The notes under the pieces were generated by a model. It saw only the letters and a program-made list of their open reading frames with translations, made no database searches and was not told the origin of the DNA. A stretch of DNA of 64,000 nt from Microgenomates group bacterium (GTDB taxonomy: Bacteria; Patescibacteriota; Microgenomatia; Daviesbacterales; UBA10151), in contig JBAZXP010000001.1 of the NCBI GenBank assembly GCA_041659805.1, positions 320,589 through 384,588 on the forward strand, written 5' to 3'. Made by a program: the position numbers and the translations under genes. Numbering within the stretch: the first letter of the stretch is position 1; every line of letters begins with the position of its first letter. Below, in pieces: positions 37,852 through 46,337 of this stretch.

Positions 37852-40716
37852 TTATATTTTTTCTGTATAGATACGTTCTTTTTTAATATTACGCGATAAC
37901 AAAATTTTGCTGGCGTCTTGAATCATTTGTATATTTCCGCAAAGATAAGCTGCACATTCACTGGCATCTGTAATGTTTTGATCTACCAGTTGAGTAATAA
38001 ATCCTGCTGGTCCATGCCATGAATTATCCGGTTTCCAAACGGCGATCTTAAATTTAAAGTTGGGATAATCTAAAGAAATCTTTTGAAAATAATCATTCCA
38101 GAATAAATCGTAAGGATAACTTAAACCAAAATACAGTGTCATTGGCATTTTACTTCCATGTTCTTTTAAGGCGGATTCAATCTGATATCTTAAGGGGGCA
38201 ACACCAGAGCCAGTTCCCAAAAAGAGAAGGCGTTTGGCTCCGTCATCCATATTAAGTACAAAATTACCAAATGGTCCAAGATAGGTAATTTCATCGCCCA
38301 CTTTTATTTTTTCAAAATATTGGGAACCGAGTCCTCCCGGTTTTATATCCACGAGCAAGTTAAATCGGTTTGGTTTTGGGTGAGAGACAATAGAATAAGC
38401 GTTTATTTTTGTAGGGTTTATTTTAACACTGATATATTGACCCGGCTTAGAGAGTAATGGTTTTTCTGTTTCAAATTCCAGAAAATGATAAGTACTGGCA
38501 AGTACATCGTGTGATAAAACTTTGGCTGTTTGAAATTGAATTTTGGAAGGAGTTTTTAATGTTTGCTGAGTATTTTTTAGCAAAACTTTGGTGTCAACTG
38601 CCCATGTTCCTTCATGGGTGACAATCAGCGGATTAATTTCCATTTCAGAAATATCAGATACGCTTTCTACTAATCTGCAGAGTTGTACGATGATTTCGAA
38701 AAGCTTATCTAAATTGTACGGATCTTCTCCTCGATAACCTTTAAGGATTACGGATATTTTAGAACCCTCCACAATTTGTTTTGCCTTTTTCAGGTCAATT
38801 GGAAGTAGGGATAGATTATGATCTGCAATTAATTCCGCATAAGTCCCTCCTGAACCGAAAAGTAAAATCGGTCCAAAGGTGGGATCATGTTTTATTCCGA
38901 CAATGACTTCAATACCGTTATTAATTTGTTTTTGAATTTGAATTTGGGTTGTATTTTGAATATTTTCATCCAACTTTAAAATATTTCGTTTCAGATTTTC
39001 CATTGCTATGCTTACTTCTTCTTTATTTTGAATATTGGTAATTACTCCTTGAATATCTTTTTTATGTAATAAATTAGGTGAAGAAACTTTTAATACAACA
39101 GGATATCCATTTTGGGTTGCAAAAGAGGCTGTGTCTTCTGGTGTGGATACGATTTGAGAAGGCGGAGTAGGGATGTTACTTAATACTGAAATTTGATTAG
39201 CTTTATCATTAGATAAAGCAGGTAGATTTTCGGCAACGCCTTTTTGAATAATTTCTTTTATTTGGGATAGATTTATTTGAGGCTCAGTTTGATTTATTGA
39301 TACCACTTCTTGTTCAGACTGCCATTTTTTAAAACGCCACATATCTCCGACAACGGCAACAGCTCTCTCCGGATACCTGAAAGAAGGAACCAGATATTCA
39401 TTCAGAACCCGTTTACCTTCTGTTAACATACCTCCTCCGATAAAAGAACAAAAAATCGGTTTTTGATATTTTTTAGATAAATTTCCGATAGCTTCAGCGG
39501 TTTCTTTCGGTTGGGTCATTATTTGAGGGGTCAAAATGACTATTAAAACATCCGCATTACTGGTTTGCAGGACAATCTCTATTGCATTTGAGAATCTATC
39601 TGATAAAGCGTCGCCGAGAACATCTATGGGATTGTGGATGTTTGATGATTTTGGCAATACTCCGGCTAATTTTTCTTTAGTTTCATCACTAAACTCGACC
39701 AGTTCCAGACCGGCTTCGCTGATTGTGTCTGTTGCCAATACTCCGGGTCCTCCGGCATTGGTAATTATGGCTACCTTCGGTCCTAATGGAAGATTTTCAA
39801 ATGAAAAAGCCCGGGAAAGATCAAAAAAGTCTTCTAAAGTATCGGCGCGTATTATATGTGCTTCTTTTAAAACTTCTTCTAAAACATTATCAGCCCCAGC
39901 AATAGCTCCTGTATGTGACTGCATGGCAGAGGCTGCTGCTTCTGTTTTACCGGGTTTTAAAATATAAATTGGGTTTGTTTTTGAAATTTTTTTTGTAATT
40001 TCTAAAAATTTTGGTCCATCAGAAATTGATTCCAAATACATTCCGATAGGATGGTTGCTTGAAAGCCCTTCTATCTTTTTGCTTTGTTCTGGGGAGGTTT
40101 CAAGAGTTTCGAAATATTCTAAAATATCATTTTCACTCAGATCTGCTTTATTTCCTAAAGTAATAAATTCGCTAAATCCGATTCCTGTTGTTTTAAACCA
40201 ATCAAATAAAGATGCAGCAATTGCACCTGATTGTGAAATAAAGCGAGAATTTCCAGTTGTATTAACTAATTCTCCAAAGGTTGCATTAATCGGGCAGAAA
40301 TTATTTATAAATCCTAAACAATTTGGTCCTAATAAATTAATTCTGTATTTTTTGGCAATACCTATCAGGTCGTTTTCCAGTTTTAAACCCTCATGGCCTT
40401 CTTCCCTGAATCCGGCAGCAATAGTCAGAACATTTTTAATTCCTTTTTCTCCTATTTCAGTTAAAACCTCTAGGTTTTTTGCTGCAGGGATTGCAATGAT
40501 TGCTAAATCCGGAACTTCCGGGATGTCCGTTACATTCTTATAACACTTAAGTCCTTGAATCATTTCAGAACTTGGATTAATGGGATAAATTTGTCCGGTA
40601 AATTTAGAACCTATGATATTTTGAAGGAGAATAGCGCCTATTTTTTTAAGGTCATCTGATGCGCCGATAACGCATATAGATTTAGGAGAAAAAAGAGCTG
40701 ACAGATTTCTGGGCAT
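37852..40716 (-). CDS. ADP-forming acyl-CoA synthetase (alpha+beta, NDP-forming) fused to a C-terminal FNR-like FAD/NAD(P)-binding oxidoreductase domain
   Basis: aa 1-~715: CoA-binding VIGAS...GPNCLGFIN, SQSGAIA, SHTGAIAG phospho-His loop, ATP-grasp. aa ~720-954: NAYSIVS (RxYS-like), GGLGSQYF, LLFLGTGSGVAPLRY, YLCGNIQM, which are ferredoxin-NADP reductase family motifs. Confidence 0.8.
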   Translation of the reverse strand: MPRNLSALFSPKSICVIGASDDLKKIGAILLQNIIGSKFTGQIYPINPSSEMIQGLKCYKNVTDIPEVPDLAIIAIPAAKNLEVLTEIGEKGIKNVLTIAAGFREEGHEGLKLENDLIGIAKKYRINLLGPNCLGFINNFCPINATFGELVNTTGNSRFISQSGAIAASLFDWFKTTGIGFSEFITLGNKADLSENDILEYFETLETSPEQSKKIEGLSSNHPIGMYLESISDGPKFLEITKKISKTNPIYILKPGKTEAAASAMQSHTGAIAGADNVLEEVLKEAHIIRADTLEDFFDLSRAFSFENLPLGPKVAIITNAGGPGVLATDTISEAGLELVEFSDETKEKLAGVLPKSSNIHNPIDVLGDALSDRFSNAIEIVLQTSNADVLIVILTPQIMTQPKETAEAIGNLSKKYQKPIFCSFIGGGMLTEGKRVLNEYLVPSFRYPERAVAVVGDMWRFKKWQSEQEVVSINQTEPQINLSQIKEIIQKGVAENLPALSNDKANQISVLSNIPTPPSQIVSTPEDTASFATQNGYPVVLKVSSPNLLHKKDIQGVITNIQNKEEVSIAMENLKRNILKLDENIQNTTQIQIQKQINNGIEVIVGIKHDPTFGPILLFGSGGTYAELIADHNLSLLPIDLKKAKQIVEGSKISVILKGYRGEDPYNLDKLFEIIVQLCRLVESVSDISEMEINPLIVTHEGTWAVDTKVLLKNTQQTLKTPSKIQFQTAKVLSHDVLASTYHFLEFETEKPLLSKPGQYISVKINPTKINAYSIVSHPKPNRFNLLVDIKPGGLGSQYFEKIKVGDEITYLGPFGNFVLNMDDGAKRLLFLGTGSGVAPLRYQIESALKEHGSKMPMTLYFGLSYPYDLFWNDYFQKISLDYPNFKFKIAVWKPDNSWHGPAGFITQLVDQNITDASECAAYLCGNIQMIQDASKILLSRNIKKERIYTEKI

Positions 40717-40798
40717 TAATCTAGTTTAATTGATTAAAGCGTTCTTTATCAAGCATGTACAAAGATTTTATGATTTAATAATAGGGGAGGTGAATAAT

Positions 40799-41059
40799 AT
40801 GAAGTTAGATAAAAATAAAACAGCATTGAGTGTGGGTGTATTTATGGGAGTAATGCATATAGGATGGTCGACTTTGGTTGCCCTAGGGTTAGCTCAAACA
40901 CTGATGGATAAAATATATGGGCTACATTTCCTAAACAATCCATTTAATGTAATGAGTTTTGACTTAACAACTGCAGCAATATTAGTGGTTGTTACATTTG
41001 TTGTAGGGTTGGTTATGGGTTGGCTTTTTGCCTATATCTGGAATCAGTTAGTAAAGTAA
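40799..41059 (+). CDS. Small two-TM membrane protein (hypothetical)
   Basis: 86 aa from the ATG at 40799, which has a GGGGAGG RBS 8 nt upstream. The track ORF start at 40730 is a TTG inside the intergenic region. Confidence 0.4.
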   Translation: MKLDKNKTALSVGVFMGVMHIGWSTLVALGLAQTLMDKIYGLHFLNNPFNVMSFDLTTAAILVVVTFVVGLVMGWLFAYIWNQLVK

Positions 41060-41114
41060 AAAAATAAGTATTTTTTTGAAAAAGTGTGCGTAAAAGAGTA
41101 TAATTACTCTTAAG

Positions 41115-41639
41115 ATGGAGAACTCTCGAAATAATAGTAATTTAACTTTGGTAGATGACACTCTTCCTGCTGTAACTTCTGACTCTGAAGAATATGATGT
41201 TGATATTTGGTGGGTAAAAGATGTCAAACCTGGGGATGCCAAGCAGGCAGAGAAGACAATGAGGGCTTTGTTAAACGCAGGACTCAAACCCAGACTTGTA
41301 GCTCATGCTTTAGAAAAAGGACATGGATATGAAATAGAAAGTCTAATTACCCGTCAAAAATTTATTAATTTAGATGGAAAGATGGGGGAATTGGCAGCAA
41401 CAGATCAAGTAGTTGGGGCTTATGAAGTTGTGGAAAAGTTAACATTGGGAATGGGTGAGCAAACTGTAGAAGAAATGGTTCAAGAAGAAGGATTAATAAG
41501 AGCTAAAGTGGTAACTAATATTGAACAAATCAGAGATCAAAGCCAAGAGCAGATACAAAAAATTGAAATGACAGTAGTAATTAAACAAGAACCTCCTAAA
41601 CAAATTATAGATAGTTTGGAAGATAAAATAGCAGCTTAG
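41115..41639 (+). CDS. Hypothetical acidic protein
   Basis: 174-aa ORF with no motifs I recognise; it abuts the tRNA-Pro 3' end. Confidence 0.35.
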   Translation: MENSRNNSNLTLVDDTLPAVTSDSEEYDVDIWWVKDVKPGDAKQAEKTMRALLNAGLKPRLVAHALEKGHGYEIESLITRQKFINLDGKMGELAATDQVVGAYEVVEKLTLGMGEQTVEEMVQEEGLIRAKVVTNIEQIRDQSQEQIQKIEMTVVIKQEPPKQIIDSLEDKIAA

Positions 41640-41711
41640 TCGGGGTGACAGGAATTGAACCTGCTACATCTGGACCCCCAGCCCAGCGTTCTGCCGATGA
41701 ACTACACCCCG
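41640..41711 (-). tRNA. tRNA-Pro (anticodon GGG)
   Basis: Minus-strand cloverleaf read by hand. Acceptor CGGGGUG/CACCCCG, D-arm GUUC/GAAC, anticodon stem CUGGG/UCCAG with loop CUGGGGG (U33, GGG, G37), a 5-nt variable loop, T-arm GCAGG-UUCAAUU-CCUGU, discriminator A, no encoded CCA. Confidence 0.8.
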
Positions 41712-41759
41712 AAACCTTTGTATTTTAGCATTTTCCCTACTCTTTTCGTATAGATTCTT

Positions 41760-41773
41760 ATGTATCCATACAT
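41760..41773. repeat. Perfect 14-bp palindrome ATGTATCCATACAT between tRNA-Pro and recA (copy 1 of 3)
   Basis: Self-complementary 7-2-7. It is flanked by ctt...caaaaca, which it shares with the copy at 46875. Confidence 0.7.
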
Positions 41774-41798
41774 CAAAACATGATATGAAAATGATATC

Positions 41799-41826
41799 TT
41801 GACAGGGTTTCGGGTTTTGTTAATAT
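41799..41826 (+). promoter_or_regulatory. recA promoter (TTGACA-N16-TAATAT), predicted to give a leaderless or near-leaderless recA mRNA
   Basis: ttgaca at 41799-41804, taatat at 41821-41826, recA ATG at 41834. Confidence 0.4.
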
Positions 41827-41833
41827 AAGTATT

Positions 41834-42901
41834 ATGTCAGATAACGGGGAAGCCAAAAAATCAGCCATTTTAACCGCTATGGCGCAAATTCAAAAGTCCT
41901 ACGGAAGTGGGTCTATTATGCGGCTTGGTGAACGGGCTGAAAAAATGACTGCTGAAGTCATTTCCACTGGTTCTATTGCACTTGATTTAGCTCTCGGTAT
42001 TGGAGGATTACCAAAAGGCAGAATTATTGAAATTTATGGTCCAGAAGCATCCGGAAAAACAACCATTTGTTTGCATGTTATTGCAGAAGCCCAGAAAAAA
42101 GGTGGCACAGCAGCTTTTATTGATGCAGAACACGCCCTTGATCCACAAAGAGCCCAAAGAGTAGGAGTTAACCTGGATGATTTACTTATTTCCCAACCAG
42201 ATACTGGTGAACAAGCTTTGGAAATTGCAGAAACTTTAATTAGATCTGGTGGGATTGATGTAATTGTTATTGATTCTGTAGCAGCCTTAGTACCTAAAGC
42301 AGAAATAGAAGGTGAAATGGGTGATTCAGTTATGGGTATGCAAGCCCGCCTTATGTCGCAAGCTTTGCGCAAATTAACTGGTGCAATTTCCAACACTAAC
42401 ACTATTTGTATTTTTACTAATCAACTAAGACAAAAAATTGGTGTGATGTTTGGTAATCCTGAAACAACCACCGGTGGTTTGGCTTTGAAGTTTTACTCCT
42501 CTATTAGGCTTGATATCAGAAAAATAGAAAATATTAAACAAGGAGATGTGGTAGTTGGATCAAGGCATAGGGTTAAAGTTGTAAAAAATAAAATGGCTCC
42601 CCCATTCCGGATTGCTGAATTTGATATGGATCAAAATGGTATTTCTCATGAAGGAGAAATTTTGGATGTTGGTATTGAGTTGGGGATTTTAAGTAAAGCA
42701 GGTGCTTTTATAAAACAAGGAGATCAACTTTTAGGTCAAGGCAGACAGGCAGCTATTACCACTTTAAAGGAAGACAAAAAAATGGCAGAAAAATTGGATA
42801 AAGAAATTCGGGAAGCTTGGTTAAAACAATCAACTGGTAAAGATTTAGTGGTAGGAAAAGAAGAAGCTGAAGATGATGCTGAAACCCCAGCAACAGTTTA
42901 A
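41834..42901 (+). CDS. recA: Recombinase RecA
   Basis: 355 aa; GPEASGKTT Walker A and the ...[36 protein letters not shown]... core. Confidence 0.97.
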   Translation: MSDNGEAKKSAILTAMAQIQKSYGSGSIMRLGERAEKMTAEVISTGSIALDLALGIGGLPKGRIIEIYGPEASGKTTICLHVIAEAQKKGGTAAFIDAEHALDPQRAQRVGVNLDDLLISQPDTGEQALEIAETLIRSGGIDVIVIDSVAALVPKAEIEGEMGDSVMGMQARLMSQALRKLTGAISNTNTICIFTNQLRQKIGVMFGNPETTTGGLALKFYSSIRLDIRKIENIKQGDVVVGSRHRVKVVKNKMAPPFRIAEFDMDQNGISHEGEILDVGIELGILSKAGAFIKQGDQLLGQGRQAAITTLKEDKKMAEKLDKEIREAWLKQSTGKDLVVGKEEAEDDAETPATV

Positions 42902-43408
42902 TTATTTATAATAACCACGGATTTTATAAAGAATATAAAGGGAAGCAATTGTTATTAATGTATAAATATTTACCCATCCATTATAACTTGGATTGAAAGA
43001 ACCCTCCCATACTATTAATCCCCACGGATCTGTTAGGCCATAATTTTTCAACAAACCAAGAATCATTGTAAAAACCAAGATAGCCCAGGAAAAACGCCAT
43101 CTTTTGAATAAGCCAACAATAAAAATAATTTCAATGGTAATCGCTGTTAAACCTGTGGTATTACTAACAATATTCGGCGACACCTCTTTTATTATAAAAA
43201 CAAAAACAGGATAAATAAGAATAACTACAACATTAGTTATGACTGAGAAGGGACTGATGATTAGTCCTGCCATAAGAAATTCATAAATCGACAAGGGAAT
43301 CAACGTTAGTGTGTGACTTAGAATGAAATAAACTAAATAGAAAATACCTAAAGCTTTTATTGTAAGTATTTTCCAATCTTGGGTTTGGGTTTTAACTTTT
43401 TTGGGCAT
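42902..43408 (-). CDS. Polytopic membrane protein (hypothetical)
   Basis: Four or five TM helices. Start set to the internal Met (MPKKVKTQTQDW...) so that it does not overlap recX. Confidence 0.4.
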   Translation of the reverse strand: MPKKVKTQTQDWKILTIKALGIFYLVYFILSHTLTLIPLSIYEFLMAGLIISPFSVITNVVVILIYPVFVFIIKEVSPNIVSNTTGLTAITIEIIFIVGLFKRWRFSWAILVFTMILGLLKNYGLTDPWGLIVWEGSFNPSYNGWVNIYTLITIASLYILYKIRGYYK

Positions 43409-43457
43409 TAAATAAATTATAAGTAAATTTTGTTTCTTTACAAGTAAGCTGGTAGAA

Positions 43458-44123
43458 TTGACCTGCATGTTAACCATAACCTCGGTAGAACCACAAAAGA
43501 AAAATCTCAAACGTTTTAATATCTTTTTGGATGGGAAATTTGCCTTTGGGGCAGATGAAGATTTAATTGTTGATCACAGACTGGTGGTAGGAAAAATAAT
43601 TCAAACAGAAGATTTAGAAAAACTCTTATTTGAAGCAGAGGTTGGAAAATTAATGGAGAAAATGTATAACTGGTTTAGCTTCAGACAACATTCTGAAAAA
43701 GAAACCAGGGATTACTTAAAAAACCTTTCTTTTAAAAGAAAAATTAAGGATCAGGATGAAATTTCAGAGGTTGTTACTTCCCTACTGATAGAAAGATTAA
43801 AGAAAAAAGGTTTAATTAATGATCTAGAATTTGCTAAAGCTTGGGTGGATGCCAGACGAAGGAGCAAACAAAAAGGTGTTAATGCTTTAAAATCAGAGCT
43901 ATATCAAAAAGGAATAGACAGAGAAATTATTGATGAATTGTTAGAAAGTGATGATGAGTCTGAAGAAAAACTGGCGGAAATTGCCTTAGAGAAAAAAATA
44001 AATTCATGGAAAAACTTGGAACCCAAAAAGCAAAAACAAAAAGCCTTGGAATTTCTGATGAGAAAAGGGTTTGAGTATGACATAGCAAAAGAAGTAATTG
44101 AAAAAATGATGAAAATGAGTTAA
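43458..44123 (+). CDS. recX: Regulatory protein RecX
   Basis: 221 aa; helical repeats ...RDYLKNLSFKRKI...LERLKKKGLINDLEFAKAWVDARRRSKQKGVNALKSELYQKGIDREII... typical of RecX. Confidence 0.75.
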   Translation: MTCMLTITSVEPQKKNLKRFNIFLDGKFAFGADEDLIVDHRLVVGKIIQTEDLEKLLFEAEVGKLMEKMYNWFSFRQHSEKETRDYLKNLSFKRKIKDQDEISEVVTSLLIERLKKKGLINDLEFAKAWVDARRRSKQKGVNALKSELYQKGIDREIIDELLESDDESEEKLAEIALEKKINSWKNLEPKKQKQKALEFLMRKGFEYDIAKEVIEKMMKMS

Positions 44124-44259
44124 TATTACCTATAGTTTGTAAGAAACTTTAAAACTTAAGGATAGATTGATGAAACAAATCAAACTAACGGTTTTTAAAT
44201 AACTTCCTGGTCTCCCCTATTTTTAGGGTAAGTTTTATTTCTCTTACAACATAAAAAAT

Positions 44260-45558
44260 ATGCAAAAAACATTTGGTTCAATCAATACTCAGGATGAGAC
44301 TGCTCTTGCTAAACGCGAGGGAATTTTAGAAGAGCGCGAAAGAGTTTTGGCAGAAAAATTAAAAGCTGTTGATGAAAAACTCGAAGTTTTAGAAAAAACC
44401 CGCAAGGATTTAATTTTAAAAATTGAAAAATCTTCCGGAATGTCAGAGGAACAAGCTCAGAAAATCTTGCTGGAAAATGTTGAAAAAGATTTGGCCTCAG
44501 AAATTTCCAAAAAAGTAAAAGAAGCTGAAGAAGAAATTAAACTTCAAGCTGATGAAAAATCAAAAGAGATTTTAGCAGAAGCAATGTTATCAGGGGCTAC
44601 AGACTATGTTTCAGAATTTACAACTTCTCAGGTTAATTTACCTGATGATGAAATGAAGGGGAGAATTATTGGAAAAGAAGGAAGAAATGTCAGAACTTTT
44701 GAGCAAGTTACAGGAGTTGATGTTTTGATGGATGATACCCCAGGTATGTTAATTGTTTCTTCGTTTGATCCAGTGAGGCGTGAAATTGCCAGAGTATCTT
44801 TGGAAAGATTAATCAAAGACGGTAGAATCCAACCACAAAGAATCGAAGAAATAGTTGCAGAAACAAAAGAAGATATAGAAAAAATAATGTTTCAGGCAGG
44901 TGAGCAATTAGCTCATGAAGTTGGTGTTTATAATTTACAAAGAGAATTAGTTGAATATTTAGGCAGATTTAAATACAGATATTCTTATGGTCAAAATATG
45001 CTTCAACACACTTTGGAAGAAACCAGAATTGGTATTGCTTTAGCAAAAGAATTAGGAGCTAACGCTAATGTAGTCAGACTTGGTTGTTTACTTCATGATA
45101 TCGGAAAAGTTGTTTCTGAAGATGAAGGGACACATGTTGAAAAAGGTGTGCAACTAGCTAAAAAGTTTGGTATGCCACCAGAAGTTGTTGCTTGTATTGC
45201 CCAGCACCATGAAGATGAGCCTTTTTCTTCCACAGAATCTATTGTTTGTTATATTGCAGATGCAATTTCCGGTGCCAGACCAGGAGCCAGACGTGAAGAT
45301 GTTGAAGGTTATATTAATAGAATCTCAGATATAGAAAAAATTGCTATGTCTTATGAAGGAGTAGAAAAAGCTTTTGCTGTTGCAGCAGGACGAGAGGTTA
45401 GAATTATTGTGTATCCTGAAAAAATCTCTGATGATGAATTACCAAAACTAACACATGATATTGCAACTCAAATCGCTAAAGAAGTTATGGTGCCTGGACA
45501 GGTTAAAGTTACAGCTATCAGAGAAGTCAGAGCTGTTGATTATTCCATCTCTTCATAA
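44260..45558 (+). CDS. rny: Ribonuclease Y (KH + HD), lacking the usual N-terminal TM helix
   Basis: 432 aa; KH motif GRIIGKEGRNVRTFEQVTGVDV, HD motif LLHDIGK, coiled-coil N-terminus. Confidence 0.85.
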   Translation: MQKTFGSINTQDETALAKREGILEERERVLAEKLKAVDEKLEVLEKTRKDLILKIEKSSGMSEEQAQKILLENVEKDLASEISKKVKEAEEEIKLQADEKSKEILAEAMLSGATDYVSEFTTSQVNLPDDEMKGRIIGKEGRNVRTFEQVTGVDVLMDDTPGMLIVSSFDPVRREIARVSLERLIKDGRIQPQRIEEIVAETKEDIEKIMFQAGEQLAHEVGVYNLQRELVEYLGRFKYRYSYGQNMLQHTLEETRIGIALAKELGANANVVRLGCLLHDIGKVVSEDEGTHVEKGVQLAKKFGMPPEVVACIAQHHEDEPFSSTESIVCYIADAISGARPGARREDVEGYINRISDIEKIAMSYEGVEKAFAVAAGREVRIIVYPEKISDDELPKLTHDIATQIAKEVMVPGQVKVTAIREVRAVDYSISS

Positions 45559-45692
45559 ACCAATTTAACTCGAATTTGCAACTCTCGTTAAATGGTTTGA
45601 ACTCAAAAATTTTGATTAGAAGTTGTAAATTGGAATATTTTGAGTATAAAGGTATTTACATCTCTATCCCTTTCTGTTAAATTCAAGGGGAT

Positions 45693-45965
45693 ATGACAAA
45701 GAACGAGTTGATAGAGAAAGTTGCCAAAAAATCTCATTTAACCAAGAGGGCTGCAGCTGATGCAGTTAATTCTACCTTTGGGTTGATTAAAGACTCTTTA
45801 GTCAGAGGTGAAAAAGTAATTATTACTGGTTTTGGGACATTTTTAATAAGAAGTAGGGCTGCGAGACGTGGAAGAAATCCACAAACAGGTGGTGTAATTC
45901 AAATTCCTCAGAAAAAAACTCCAGGTTTTACAGCTGGTAAAACCATAAAGCGTTTAATTAAGTAA
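45693..45965 (+). CDS. hup: HU family DNA-binding protein
   Basis: 90 aa; ...GFGTFLIRSRAARRGRNPQTGGVIQIPQKKTPGFTAGKTIK... Confidence 0.9.
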   Translation: MTKNELIEKVAKKSHLTKRAAADAVNSTFGLIKDSLVRGEKVIITGFGTFLIRSRAARRGRNPQTGGVIQIPQKKTPGFTAGKTIKRLIK

Positions 45966-45985
45966 AACTTTTCAGTTTATATTTG

Positions 45986-46014
45986 TTGACTTCCCTGTTA
46001 TTTTGTAATAATAT
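45986..46014 (+). promoter_or_regulatory. Promoter of the TrpR/YerC-like gene (TTGACT-N17-TAATAT); its -10 overlaps palindrome copy 2
   Basis: ttgact at 45986-45991, taatat at 46009-46014. The ATG at 46025 is only ~11 nt downstream, so the mRNA is leaderless or has a very short leader. Confidence 0.4.
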
Positions 46015-46026
46015 GTATCCATACAT
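46013..46026. repeat. Perfect 14-bp palindrome ATGTATCCATACAT (copy 2 of 3), overlapping the -10/+1 of the TrpR/YerC-like gene
   Basis: Identical to the copy at 41760-41773. Confidence 0.7.
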
Positions 46027-46318
46027 GAGCAAACCGTCTGATGCTAAAGATATAAATATTCCAGATCACATTTTAAGGCAGCTGTTAACCCCTTCAGAGT
46101 TGAGAATGTTAAAAAACCGTTGGCATATTGTTAACCGTTTAGAAGAAGGATTACCGGTCAGAAAAATTGCGGAAGACGTAAAAGTGGGAACAGACACAGT
46201 TGTTCGCGTTTCTAAGATGATGCAATCAGGAGAGCTTCAAAAAACGCTTGATAAAGAAAAAAGAGGACTAAAAAAGATTAAGACTTCTACTCCCTGGATT
46301 TTCGGTAAAACAGAATAA
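46025..46318 (+). CDS. TrpR-like YerC/YecD family DNA-binding protein
   Basis: 97 aa from the ATG at 46025; ...LTPSELRMLKNRWHIVNRLEEGLPVRKIAEDVKVGTDTVVRVSK... resembles the Trp-repressor-like YerC family HTH. Family recalled by eye. Confidence 0.55.
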   Translation: MSKPSDAKDINIPDHILRQLLTPSELRMLKNRWHIVNRLEEGLPVRKIAEDVKVGTDTVVRVSKMMQSGELQKTLDKEKRGLKKIKTSTPWIFGKTE

Positions 46319-46337
46319 TAAATTCCTCAATAAAAAA

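Noticed and set aside
39536-40543. Plus-strand ORFs 39536..39967 and 40055..40543 antisense to the Acd::FNR gene
   Set aside because: Same reasoning as above: they are antisense to a strongly supported CDS.
40730-40798. TTG start at 40730 for the small membrane protein
   Set aside because: A GGGGAGG ribosome-binding site sits 8 nt before the ATG at 40799, and the upstream extension would start inside the acd 5' region.
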